From Aulosira sp. ZfuVER01 (GTDB lineage: Bacteria > Cyanobacteriota > Cyanobacteriia > Cyanobacteriales > Nostocaceae), in assembly GCA_034530615.2 (NCBI GenBank), contig JAVRCV020000015.1, positions 179,702 through 243,701 of the forward strand: a stretch of DNA of 64,000 nucleotides, read 5' to 3'. Shown here piece by piece: positions 21,370-31,385 of the stretch (position 1 is its first letter; each line of letters opens with the position of its first letter). A program made the position numbers and the translations under genes. The notes under the pieces were generated by a model. It saw nothing but the letters and a program-made list of their open reading frames with translations, had not been told where the DNA came from and did not search any database.

Positions 21370-21639
21370 ATGGTAGAACAAAATCCCAAAAGTAGCCTTC
21401 AGCCTGAACAATATGCCCGCCTCAAAGCTGAAATAGTAGCGCCTTATCGTGGCTTGCGAAAACTTATCTATGTTGCTTGTGGTGCTTCTGGCTTCATCGG
21501 CGCATTCATCTTTTTCTTTAAACTGCTTGCAGGGCGGGATGTTGATAGTGCTTTGCCTAACTTATTACTCCAGATAGGAATTGTGTTCCTGATGGTCTTT
21601 CTCTGGCGCTGGGAACAGAGCCGACAAAAACGTTCTTAA
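21370..21639 (+). CDS. DUF3493 domain membrane protein
   Basis: ARLKAE..APYRGLRK.IY...GASG.IG followed by two TM helices. Confidence 0.8.
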   Translation: MVEQNPKSSLQPEQYARLKAEIVAPYRGLRKLIYVACGASGFIGAFIFFFKLLAGRDVDSALPNLLLQIGIVFLMVFLWRWEQSRQKRS

Positions 21640-21881
21640 AAGCGCAAAAATAGCAACACCTCTTCACATTTTTTATATTAATAAACTTTTTTTCATCTTT
21701 TTAAATCTAAAAAGAGAAAAAATAAAAAAAATATTAGGAAATCTGAAAATGCAAAAATTTCTGAGAAACTAAAAATTGTTCAAACGGGATCAGCCAATAT
21801 AAAGACCCTGAATATAGACAAATCAAATTTAAATATGGGTCAGCTAAATTTTAAGACCCTGACATAAAAAAATCACATTTT

Positions 21882-21925
21882 TAGCAGCGCCAAACTACAA
21901 TTTGTTAGTTTGACGCTGCTATTTT
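21882..21925. terminator. Terminator-like hairpin (possibly bidirectional)
   Basis: TAGCAGCGCCAAACTA...TAGTTTGACGCTGCTA followed by TTTT. Confidence 0.6.
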
Positions 21926-22115
21926 GCCAACTATTACTGCTGGATGAAATTTAATTCAAATTCCTGTTCGGTTCCTAATGTTAGGTCTGTTTTATACTAT
22001 CAAGCTCACAATCACGCGATCGCAATCAAATGCTGAGTATGAAACTTTAGTGGGCGGAAAGTAGTTGAGATTCTGGGCTTTTGTCCAGTTGATTTCCGCC
22101 ACACTGTACTTTTGT

Positions 22116-23798
22116 TTACGGAACGTTCACTAAATAGGTTGATGGAATTGCTGGCGCACGTCCAGCATTTACCAGTGCTTGGTAAACAAAGGCAGCAACT
22201 TCTGCCCTAGTTGCATCACGATTAGGATTGAGTTGCTTAACTGTGGGATAGTTGATCACTAATTGCTTTGCAGTAGCAGCAGCAATTTGATTAAGTGCAT
22301 ATTTGGGAATTTGGGCAGCATCAGTATAAAAACTGAGGATATTTTGATTGTCTGTAGTTAAACCTAGACCACTAGCTAAAGCTACTAGAGCTTGGACTCT
22401 GGGAATCTGCTGCTGTGGTTTAAAGGTTCCATCAGGATAGCCAGAAACAAATTGACTTTGGTAAGCAGATTTAATTGCTGCATAAGCCCAAAAATCGCTT
22501 TTGACATCTTTAAATTCAATGGCTGGGCGTTTAGCAGGCGGTGTCAAAGCTTTAGTAATAATAGTGGCGAATTGAGCGCGTGTTACAGGATCGTTCGGTT
22601 TAAAGGTGCCATCTGGAAAGCCAGCAATAATTTTTTGGGAGGCTAAGGCTTCGATATAGGCTTTTGCCCAGTAACCTGTTGGTACGTCGTTAAAAGCTGT
22701 AGCACCGCCAACCTCGGCGGCAACAAAATCTACTAAACCAGCGATGCGCTTTTGATCGATATCATTACCAATAGCGACAATCCTATTAGTTTTAGTAGCA
22801 TTGTTCAGATCGTAACGAGTGTTGTTGCGGATGAGATTGCCACCAGGATCTTCAGTAGTACCCAAGTTTGGTAGGGCATCAATAGTTGCGACAACGCCAT
22901 CTCGTTTATTGTTCTGAATAATATTCTTACGTAGGATGGGTTTAGCAGTTTCGGAGATAAAAAGCCCATCTTGGTTTTGGATTATTTGGTTTTCTGCAAC
23001 TAAAGGTGTGGAAGAGCCACCAATTGCAATACCAAAACCAGTATCCTGAAACAAGTTACCACGAATTTCTCCTTGAGCAGTTTTAGCCACCGAAACCCCA
23101 TTACCTGTGTTCTGCACAAAGATGTTATTTTCAATTTTGGGATTTCCTGAACCTGTGACAAAAACTCCCTCTCTGAGACTTTTAGTAAAAGTGTTATTTG
23201 TAATCACGGGATTAGTGGATTCTACCCATACACCTGTACCCCGTTGATTTGGGTTTGTGACACTAACACCTGCGATTGTCGTACTATTCTCAGCCAAAAT
23301 TGTAATGTCTTGTCTGGCAAATGTTTTACTGGTGTAAAAGCCTCCACCCGTAATTGATATTGCCTGACCTTTGTTTGATTCATCACCTCGCAGTGTTACT
23401 CCTGGTTTTAGCAAGAGTGGGAAAGTTTCTCCACTTTGCTGATTATAAGTTCCAGGAGCTAGTTGTATGACTGTACCTGATTGAGCTTGACTTATAGCAA
23501 AGGTAATAGTTTTGTAAGGCGCAGCTTGTGTTGTACCACCACCAGTAGTATCTGCTCCCGTAGCTGGGTTAACGTAAATTACAGTTGCAGTTGCAGGAAC
23601 TTGGGCTGTCAGAGTTGGGTCGCTACTTTTCTGATGGATGGGATCGGCATTGGCTATACCAGGTAATACCGTGAAACTGCTGGAAACAACTAATGCAGTG
23701 GTGAGTCCGGCTCGTAGTGGTAGATGAGATCTGAGACTACTGCTAAAAACAGAGCGAAGATATTTCGCTGAAGAAATTTGAAAACCCCGATATTTCAT
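22116..23798 (-). CDS. DUF1565 parallel beta-helix protein with C-terminal SLH domains
   Basis: YVNPATG.D...G....PYKTIT.A, right-handed beta-helix repeats, SLH motifs FNDVP..YWA..YI..L...GFPDGTFKP...TRA. Confidence 0.9.
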   Translation of the reverse strand: MKYRGFQISSAKYLRSVFSSSLRSHLPLRAGLTTALVVSSSFTVLPGIANADPIHQKSSDPTLTAQVPATATVIYVNPATGADTTGGGTTQAAPYKTITFAISQAQSGTVIQLAPGTYNQQSGETFPLLLKPGVTLRGDESNKGQAISITGGGFYTSKTFARQDITILAENSTTIAGVSVTNPNQRGTGVWVESTNPVITNNTFTKSLREGVFVTGSGNPKIENNIFVQNTGNGVSVAKTAQGEIRGNLFQDTGFGIAIGGSSTPLVAENQIIQNQDGLFISETAKPILRKNIIQNNKRDGVVATIDALPNLGTTEDPGGNLIRNNTRYDLNNATKTNRIVAIGNDIDQKRIAGLVDFVAAEVGGATAFNDVPTGYWAKAYIEALASQKIIAGFPDGTFKPNDPVTRAQFATIITKALTPPAKRPAIEFKDVKSDFWAYAAIKSAYQSQFVSGYPDGTFKPQQQIPRVQALVALASGLGLTTDNQNILSFYTDAAQIPKYALNQIAAATAKQLVINYPTVKQLNPNRDATRAEVAAFVYQALVNAGRAPAIPSTYLVNVP

Positions 23799-23988
23799 TT
23801 TTTATGTCTGTGAAGTGCTGAATTATGTGACCTTTAAACAAGGTTACGGGTAGCAGCTATATAGATGCCAAACCCATGCAAAACTATACCGGATCGTTAG
23901 CGTTTGATCAGCTAAATTCTCAAATACCTAAATAAAAAACAGTTTTTATTTTGTTAAGTTTTAATAGTCTCAGAATTAATGCCATAAA

Positions 23989-24022
23989 TTAGGGTGCGTT
24001 AACGAAGTGTAACGCACCCTAA
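23989..24022. repeat. REP-like palindrome
   Basis: TTAGGGTGCGTTA-acgaagtg-TAACGCACCCTAA. Confidence 0.75.
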
Positions 24023-24173
24023 ATATAAATTTATACTTGGAAATCCCTATTGAAAAAGTATTAGGGTAGTGTAAATAATTTTAGATTTTCACAATATCTC
24101 AAGTGGAAGTTGAAGCAAAATACTACTGTCAACTTCATTATTTGCTAGCGACCTGGAAATAGTCACTTAATTT

Positions 24174-24371
24174 TTAGTAAGCTAGTGTTTCTAAAGTTTC
24201 TCGCAAATAACGTTGTACCTGCTGTTCTAAACGCAGCCCTTGTGATTGGATATCACGTTCTAGTTGCCAGCGTTGGAAACCGGAACTAGCGGCGATCGCG
24301 TATTTGAGGCTGTGCCAAATTTCACTATCATGAGTAAATTGGCGATCGCTGGAAGTTGGAATTTGAGCCAT
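24174..24371 (-). CDS. Small conserved hypothetical protein
   Basis: W.SLK.AIA.SSGFQRW...YLRETLETLAY pattern seen in small cyanobacterial proteins. Confidence 0.8.
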   Translation of the reverse strand: MAQIPTSSDRQFTHDSEIWHSLKYAIAASSGFQRWQLERDIQSQGLRLEQQVQRYLRETLETLAY

Positions 24372-24439
24372 AGTATCTCATTCCTCAGATTTAACTTCAA
24401 ATCTAATACGATTTTACCTACATAAGACAGTAGATTTAC

Positions 24440-25093
24440 TTAATCTTCATCAGAGTTTTGCTCTAGGGGCAATTGTGTACTTGTATTCCTCCCGATTAGG
24501 GATTGAACTAACTGGGGCAATATGTTATTGACCCGTACCCCTACGATTGTAAAATCTTGCTGAATCTTCTCTAAAGGTAATGGTTCTATGGCAGCAAATT
24601 CTGTGTCATTAGTCACTAAAATTCTGGCTATGCTCACGGGAATTTGCAAAAACAGATTGCTAGCGAAAAAAGCTAAAGCCGCCAGCAGCAATCCCACGCT
24701 GCGCCATTGAGGTAGAAAACTAGCCATGTTTGCTACTAGTGGTGCAGCTTGGTAGATCTGCCACAGTACCCCTAATAACAATATTGCTGCCAAAACGGTC
24801 AGCACGCGATTTAAATTTGTATTAATTAAACAAAGAATTTTTCGTTGCTGCTCAGTCAGATTTTCTGGCTTGAGTGCGACTCCCAAAATAGCAAATATGT
24901 AAAAAGGCCGACGGAATTGCATCCATAGGAGTGGCAACACTCCTATGGCAGCAACCAAAAATAACTCCATCCATACTGGTAAGAGTGGCTCACCTATGGA
25001 TAAGAAAAATAAACACAAAAACAAAAAAATTGGCAGCGTCGCTAAACCAGCGACGTGAATCCACAAGATAGGTTCGGAGCGAAATGAGGACAT
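24440..25093 (-). CDS. Low-complexity-tail membrane protein (cyanobacterial)
   Basis: SEPILWIH.AGLA start, four TM helices, NLFLQIPVS. Confidence 0.8.
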   Translation of the reverse strand: MSSFRSEPILWIHVAGLATLPIFLFLCLFFLSIGEPLLPVWMELFLVAAIGVLPLLWMQFRRPFYIFAILGVALKPENLTEQQRKILCLINTNLNRVLTVLAAILLLGVLWQIYQAAPLVANMASFLPQWRSVGLLLAALAFFASNLFLQIPVSIARILVTNDTEFAAIEPLPLEKIQQDFTIVGVRVNNILPQLVQSLIGRNTSTQLPLEQNSDED

Positions 25094-25213
25094 AGCTACA
25101 TTTTTCCCTTCTGAGTTATGGGTGCTGAGTTGTAAGTCTTAAGTTGCGAGTTTTGAGGATTAACTCAAGACTCAGAATCTTTTACTTAGAACTCAGCACT
25201 AGTAGACTCAGCA

Positions 25214-28200
25214 CTACTTTGTCAGTGTCAAGGTACGACGTTTAGTGACCATTTGGTAGGCTTCGATGATGTCACCTTCAGCCCAATCATGGAATTTATC
25301 AACACCAATACCGCATTCATAGCCTGCATTGACTTCGCGGGCATCTTCTTTCATCCGTTTTAGGGAATCAAGAACGCCTTCATAAATCACCTTACCGTTA
25401 CGACGTACCCGCAGTTTGCAGTTACGAACTAGCTTGCCAGATTGTACATAACAACCAGCAACCGCACCACGACCGACTGGGAAGACAGCACGGACTTCGG
25501 TTTGACCCAAAGATTCTTCCACCAATTCTGGTTCTAGCAGACCTTCCAAGGCTCCTTGAATATCTTCGAGGAGTTTGTAGATGATGTTGTATTCCCGCAC
25601 ATCTACACCAGCTTCATCAGCTGCTTGTCTAGCTCCACTAGCATAGGTAGTGTTAAACCCGATGATCACGGCGTTACTAGCTGCGGCTAAGTCGATATCT
25701 GTCTCCGTGATTTCCCCAGCAGTAGCTAACAGCATCCTGATTTGAACTTCGTTTTGCGGAATTTGTCTCAGCGATCCCACAATAGCTTCTACTGAACCTT
25801 GTACGTCTGCTTTCAGAATCAAGTTGAGTTCTTTCAACTCGCCTTCTTGTGCTTGAGCCGACAGGGTTGTTAGGGTAACACGTCCTTGTAAGAGTCGAGA
25901 TTGACGTTGTTTGTCGGCGCGATCGCTGGCTAGGGAGCGTGCTTCTTTTTCGTTCGCGAAGACCTCGAACTCATCACCTGCTGCCGGTACATCGCTTAAC
26001 CCTAATACCTCCACAGCAAACGAAGGACTAGCAACTTCTACTCTTCTGCCTCTGTCATCGACCATTGCCCGGACTTTACCGAATGCCGAGCCTGCTACTA
26101 ACATATCGCCTACATGGAGCGTACCATTTTGAATTAACAAGGTAGCAACTGCTCCCTTTGCCTTATCCAAATGAGCTTCAATCACAGTTCCTTTAGCAAC
26201 ACGGTCTGGGTTGGCAGATAGTTCGGCTACTTCTGCTACCAAGAGAATCATTTCTAGGAGTGTATCTAGGTTTTCGCCCTTGATCGCACTCACCGGAACC
26301 ATAATTGTCTCACCACCCCAGTCTTCTGCGGTTAGACCATAGTTAGTAAGTTCTTGTTTGACGCGCTCTGGTTGTGCCCCTTCTTTGTCAATCTTGTTAA
26401 TGGCAACGACAATTGGGACTCCAGCAGCCTGAGCATGACTAATCGCTTCAATGGTTTGCGGACGAACGCCATCATCAGCAGCGACTACCAAAACGGCAAT
26501 GTCTGTGACTCTTGCTCCCCGTGCCCGCATCGCGGTAAAAGCTTCGTGACCGGGGGTATCGAGGAATACTATTTGATGTGGCTGACCTTCATGTTCGATA
26601 TCAACATGGTATGCACCAATGTGCTGAGTAATACCACCAGCTTCGCCTGCTGCCACTTTGGTTTTGCGAATTGAATCCAGCAGCGTAGTTTTACCGTGGT
26701 CTACGTGACCCATAATTGTCACTACTGGCGGACGACGATGGAGATTTTCCATGTCTGCCAAATCCAGCATTTCTGTGACTTTGCGGGCTTCTGCTTCTGG
26801 TTCGGCAGTTTCTACTTCTACTTCTAGCTCTTTTGCTACCAAAGTAATTGTAGGAATATCTAGGTTTTGGGTGATACTCACTGCCATGCCTTTCATGAAC
26901 AGGATTTTTACAATCTCTGTATCAGCAACAGCTAGTAGGTCAGCTAGTTCTTGTACTGTCAGCGGGCCTGTAACCACCACTTTTTCTGGGCGCTCGCGCT
27001 TGGTCTCTACTTCTTGGCGACGATTTTGGTCTCGGCTGGAAGTTGACTTTTTACCTCTAGCTGTTGGGCTAGCAATAGCTATTGCTGGTTGCTGTGCAGG
27101 TCGAGCTGCCTTTGGTTTGGGCGGACGGGCAATAGAAAGACTGACCTGGACTGTAGCTGGAATTTCCAGACCTTCTTCATCCAGTAAATCTTCTTCCTCA
27201 AAATCATCATCTAAGACGGGTTTAACCCGCTTGCCTTTAACGCCTGCCTTGCCAGGCTTTTCTTTGATTTCATCAATAATTTCTTCTTCTTGCCACTTTT
27301 TACCACCTTTTGCTGGACGTGGTGGTGTAGGGCGTTTTAAATCAAGAATATCGGTAGGAATCGGCTCATCAACTGTCGCTGCTTTCCCTTGTCCACCTTG
27401 CATCGGTCTTGGTGGCGTAGCAATCGGCATGGCCGCTACGGCTTCACTCGGACGTACTGGTCTGCTAGGCCGTTGGGTGTCTCCAAATGGTGCTGGTGCA
27501 GAAGGAGGTCGATTTGTCCTGTGTTCTGGTTTGACTGGACCTGGAGTAGGACGAGCCTGTTTTTGTGGTACAGACTGTGGTGCAGTTTGGTCTGTAGTTG
27601 CTTTGCCAGATCTAGGTTTAACTTGTTCGCGTTCGTCTTCGACGCGCCTTTGGCGTTCACGCTTAAGGATCGGCTTATCTGCCTGACTGAGCTGCTCTGA
27701 TTCTAGCGCTGCTTCTGCCACAGGTCTTGAAGGTGGAGCAACTAATTGAGGTTTTTGCGGTTTTTCTGGTTTCTGTCTGGATGGAACTGTTTTTTCCGAT
27801 TTTTCCGCAACTACTTTTTCTTTTGGCTGTGGATTAGGCGTTTGCTCCGCCTCTGTGACAGCTGGTTGCTGTGGGGTCTCAGATAGATTCCGGGGTACGG
27901 GTCGAGTTGGTGCCGTCGGCTGCATGGGTGAGACTGGTGTAGCGAAGGGCCTTGGAGGTGAAAGAGGATTAACTTCAGACGAAGCAGTTTGGGTATTAGT
28001 AGCAACTGACGCCTCTGAGGCGTTTGGAGTAGTATTTCTCAATATTTTGGGTTTACGAATTTCCAAAATTTGTTGTTTGTGGGGTAGGGCAGGTCGGTTT
28101 CTTGAGCCAGCTTGTGGCGCGGTTGTTTGATGGGTGGTTATACTTGTTTCTTTTCTATGGGTTCCATTAGTAACTGCGAGTTTTTCCGCAGCTAAACGGA

Positions 28201-28342
28201 TGCGTTCTGCCTCCGAATCTGAAATTGTACTGCTATGGCTTTTGACCGCAATGTTGAGCTGGTCGCATATTGCTAATAGCTCTTTGTTATCCAAATTCAA
28301 TTCCTTTGATAATTCATAGATTCTAACTTTGCCGTTGTTCAT
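25214..28342 (-). CDS. infB: Translation initiation factor IF-2
   Basis: [18 protein letters not shown]; Pro-rich N-terminal region. Confidence 0.99.
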   Translation of the reverse strand: MNNGKVRIYELSKELNLDNKELLAICDQLNIAVKSHSSTISDSEAERIRLAAEKLAVTNGTHRKETSITTHQTTAPQAGSRNRPALPHKQQILEIRKPKILRNTTPNASEASVATNTQTASSEVNPLSPPRPFATPVSPMQPTAPTRPVPRNLSETPQQPAVTEAEQTPNPQPKEKVVAEKSEKTVPSRQKPEKPQKPQLVAPPSRPVAEAALESEQLSQADKPILKRERQRRVEDEREQVKPRSGKATTDQTAPQSVPQKQARPTPGPVKPEHRTNRPPSAPAPFGDTQRPSRPVRPSEAVAAMPIATPPRPMQGGQGKAATVDEPIPTDILDLKRPTPPRPAKGGKKWQEEEIIDEIKEKPGKAGVKGKRVKPVLDDDFEEEDLLDEEGLEIPATVQVSLSIARPPKPKAARPAQQPAIAIASPTARGKKSTSSRDQNRRQEVETKRERPEKVVVTGPLTVQELADLLAVADTEIVKILFMKGMAVSITQNLDIPTITLVAKELEVEVETAEPEAEARKVTEMLDLADMENLHRRPPVVTIMGHVDHGKTTLLDSIRKTKVAAGEAGGITQHIGAYHVDIEHEGQPHQIVFLDTPGHEAFTAMRARGARVTDIAVLVVAADDGVRPQTIEAISHAQAAGVPIVVAINKIDKEGAQPERVKQELTNYGLTAEDWGGETIMVPVSAIKGENLDTLLEMILLVAEVAELSANPDRVAKGTVIEAHLDKAKGAVATLLIQNGTLHVGDMLVAGSAFGKVRAMVDDRGRRVEVASPSFAVEVLGLSDVPAAGDEFEVFANEKEARSLASDRADKQRQSRLLQGRVTLTTLSAQAQEGELKELNLILKADVQGSVEAIVGSLRQIPQNEVQIRMLLATAGEITETDIDLAAASNAVIIGFNTTYASGARQAADEAGVDVREYNIIYKLLEDIQGALEGLLEPELVEESLGQTEVRAVFPVGRGAVAGCYVQSGKLVRNCKLRVRRNGKVIYEGVLDSLKRMKEDAREVNAGYECGIGVDKFHDWAEGDIIEAYQMVTKRRTLTLTK

Positions 28343-28764
28343 CCACTCTTCCCCTTTAATTTACAGTTTTAGCGGATGGTTGCCTGGTTTGTGACATCTC
28401 CATCCTTCGATTACTGTTTTTTGGTTGCCGTTTAGATTTTGTCGGTGCCTCCAATCAGGAAAGAGAGATGTCTCGGGTTAATTTTGGCATCCCCACCAGT
28501 AATGATGATGGATACCAAATCGCGCCTGAGCGCTACCAGGTTGCCATTTTGTAGTTTTTTGTTTTGCTGATTCTGAGTCTTCCACAACACAATCGAGTAA
28601 AACTTGTGGGGTATTGCTCCGCCTCTTCTAATTGTATGAGAGCCGTATGTCAACTACACCCCTTTACTATTTTGGCACTAACCCCAGCAATCAAGAGAGT
28701 ATGTCTTGCTAGCACTAGTTCGGCTATTGGCACATTTCCTCTAGGGATTACCGCCACAAATTTC

Positions 28765-29040
28765 TTAAACTAAAATTTGATTTTGGTTATTGCTTTTGGC
28801 TAGACGCTGCCACAATGTTTGATACAGTGTTTCTGGCACCGTTGCATGTAGCGATCGCCCTAGTCGATTTTTTTTCTGAGCCGCTTGTAAGCAGCTAGTT
28901 TCTGGGCAAATATAAGCAGAACGCCCCATGCCCTCATCTAATTGTACCGTTCCCGACGGAAAGACGCGGACAATCCGCCAAAACTCTTCTTTTAGTGATA
29001 CTTGGCGGCAACTAATACATCGCCGATAATTCGGTTTCAT
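28765..29040 (-). CDS. ylxR: YlxR (DUF448) RNA-binding protein
   Basis: RRCISCR, GRSAYIC; lies between nusA and infB. Confidence 0.92.
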   Translation of the reverse strand: MKPNYRRCISCRQVSLKEEFWRIVRVFPSGTVQLDEGMGRSAYICPETSCLQAAQKKNRLGRSLHATVPETLYQTLWQRLAKSNNQNQILV

Positions 29041-29187
29041 TGCTTTTGTGCTACCTCACCTCAGCAGTCTGGCTTAGAAAATAGTGGCTTTCCATCTATC
29101 TTTACTTGTACCAAGTTGCTAAATCCAAGGTAATTATCAATAAATTTCCTGTAAAAAACATTACCAAAACTGCATGAGATCCACAAA

Positions 29188-30486
29188 CTACTCGTCATCG
29201 TTATTGTCAAAAGAGTCATCCTCTAATTCTAATTCTTCCTGATTTTCTTCATTTTCTAACTCCGATAGATCTAATCCCTCTTCATCTTCTTCTTGTTCTT
29301 GTTCTGCTTGATATTTTGCACGAACTGCGACAAATTTAGCATCTTCTGCGGCATGGTCGTATTTAGCTTTATCTTTAATGTCAATCTTCCAACCAGTCAG
29401 ACGGGCTGCTAAACGGACATTCTGTCCTTCTTTACCAATTGCCAAGCTAAGTTGATCTTCAGCTACTAGTACGTGTGTCTGCCTAGTTTCTGGGTCCATA
29501 AGGCGTACTTCGTCCACCCTTGCTGGACTCAAAGCATTAGCAATGTAAGTTGCTGGGTCTGGCGACCAGCGGATGACATCAATTTTTTCACCACGTAATT
29601 CGTTAACTACCACTTGAATTCGCGATCCCCGCGCACCGATACAAGCTCCAACTGGGTCTACATCGCGATCTAGGGTATCAACAGCAATTTTAGTTCTAGG
29701 CCCTACGTAACGAGAAGGGGGATTGGCTTCTCGCGCTACGGCTACAATCCGCACTACTTCATCTTCTATTTCTGGGACTTCGTTAGCAAATAAATAAACT
29801 ACCAAACCAGCATCAGCCCGTGATACTAATAACTGCGGTCCTCTTTGCTGTCCTTGAGAAACTTTTTTGAGATACACCTTAAAGGTGGCATTTGCTCGAT
29901 AATTATCGTTAGGCAGTTGTTCCCGTTTTGGTAATTCCGCTTCTACTTCTGGTTGACCAAAACCACTGCTAACAGCCAAAATGACTGATTGCCGTTCAAA
30001 TCGCAGCACTCGTGCCTGTAAAACAGTACTTTCCAAATCTTGAAATTCTTCTTGCACCATCTGGCGTTGCTGATCCCGCAATTTTTGGGCAAGTACTTGC
30101 TTGGTTTGCATTGCTGCCATCCGACCAAATTCACCTTGGTCTGGGGTGACATCCAGCACTACAGAGTCTCCCAACTGAGCTTCGGGTGCTACTTGTTGCA
30201 CTTCATCTAGAGATATCTGATGGTCGGAGTTACTGACCTCTTCAACAATGGTTTTAGTGGAAAGAACGCGGAAACCTTCTCCTTCGATATCGAGTTCTAC
30301 CTCAAAATTATCAAAGTAATCTTCATCAAACTGTTTGCGCTCTAAATTTTGGGCACGACGATAACGTTCGTAACCTTTGAGCAATGCTTCTCTAATTGCT
30401 GATTGAACTGCAAGCCGAGGTAAATTACGCTCACGACTTATACTTTCAATTAAATCTTTTAATCCCGGTAAAGTAACCATTGACAT
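29188..30486 (-). CDS. nusA: Transcription termination factor NusA
   Basis: FGRMAAMQTKQV, DPVGACIGARGSR, LAIGKEGQNVRLAARLTGW; AAGGAG RBS before the ATG at 30486. Confidence 0.98.
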   Translation of the reverse strand: MSMVTLPGLKDLIESISRERNLPRLAVQSAIREALLKGYERYRRAQNLERKQFDEDYFDNFEVELDIEGEGFRVLSTKTIVEEVSNSDHQISLDEVQQVAPEAQLGDSVVLDVTPDQGEFGRMAAMQTKQVLAQKLRDQQRQMVQEEFQDLESTVLQARVLRFERQSVILAVSSGFGQPEVEAELPKREQLPNDNYRANATFKVYLKKVSQGQQRGPQLLVSRADAGLVVYLFANEVPEIEDEVVRIVAVAREANPPSRYVGPRTKIAVDTLDRDVDPVGACIGARGSRIQVVVNELRGEKIDVIRWSPDPATYIANALSPARVDEVRLMDPETRQTHVLVAEDQLSLAIGKEGQNVRLAARLTGWKIDIKDKAKYDHAAEDAKFVAVRAKYQAEQEQEEDEEGLDLSELENEENQEELELEDDSFDNNDDE

Positions 30487-30522
30487 AAGCAATCTCCTTA
30501 AATTTTATGTAAGCACCCAGCA

Positions 30523-30664
30523 CAATTTTGGATTTTAAATTTGGAAATTTAGATTAAATAATCAAGATTGGTGATGATAATTGGCTGGTAATAGTGCCTC
30601 AGCCCTACTACCAACTTCTTGCCCAGCCACCAATCCAAAATCTAAATCTAAAATCTAAAATCGA
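30523..30664. repeat. Inverted STRR arrays (TTTTGGA/TTTAGA versus TCCAAAA/TCTAAAA) in the rimP-nusA spacer
   Basis: caattttggattttaaatttggaaatttagatt ... aatccaaaatctaaatctaaaatctaaaatcg. Confidence 0.75.
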
Positions 30665-31126
30665 TTAACGGCGTTCATCCAACTGCACCCTAGTAATTAG
30701 GCTGCGGGGGATTTCAACTACACGACCTTTTTGGTTTAAGTAAACTGTTTTCTCATCCCGGCGAATCAACTGACCTATCCACTCTTGCTGTCCGTCGTAG
30801 GGTGGGGAAGTGGAGATGATTACAGCAAATCCTTTGAAGGAAATAAATTCCCTGTCTGTTACCAGTTGCCGCGAAATACCAGGACTAGACACTTCCAAGA
30901 CATAGGTATCTGGAATGATTTCCACCGCATCTAAAGAGGCTTCTAAAGCACGGCTCATTCGCTCACAATCATCTAATCCAGTGTCTTGCTGGGGATTACG
31001 AATATCTACCCGCAAAACTGGCGGACGTTGGTTAGTATGAAAAACCACGCCAACGACTTCTAACCCCAGTTCTTCTGCTACTGGTGTCGCCAATTCAATG
31101 ATTTGTGGGACTAAGGGATGAGTCAT
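30665..31126 (-). CDS. rimP: Ribosome maturation factor RimP
   Basis: MTHPL start; [18 protein letters not shown]; first gene of the nusA operon. Confidence 0.96.
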   Translation of the reverse strand: MTHPLVPQIIELATPVAEELGLEVVGVVFHTNQRPPVLRVDIRNPQQDTGLDDCERMSRALEASLDAVEIIPDTYVLEVSSPGISRQLVTDREFISFKGFAVIISTSPPYDGQQEWIGQLIRRDEKTVYLNQKGRVVEIPRSLITRVQLDERR

Positions 31127-31137
31127 GCAAAAATCCA

Positions 31138-31166
31138 ATAAAAAAAGTGGGCATCGACCCACTTCC
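31138..31166 (-). promoter_or_regulatory. rimP leader hairpin (attenuator-like)
   Basis: Minus strand GGAAGTGGG-TCGATG-CCCACTT-TTTTTATT immediately upstream of the rimP start. Confidence 0.7.
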
Positions 31167-31385
31167 TGCGATAGGGATATCTTCCAAGAAGTCTTGTGAC
31201 GAGCCAAATAAGGCTCGACCTACTCTGAGTTTAGCGCATTTCTTTTGGAGGGAGTAGGAAGAAATTATTATATAGTCATTTGTCAACAGTCAATGGGCAA
31301 TGCGCATGGGGCATTGGGCAATAGTTATTTCTTTCCTCCCCTGTCTCCCTTGTCTTCCTTGTCTTCTCTATCCCCCTTATATCTC

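Noticed and set aside
26751..27686. 311-aa plus-strand ORF
   Set aside because: Antisense shadow of the low-complexity infB N-terminus. The same applies to the many short ORFs opposite psaAB, carB, sigD and phnCDE.
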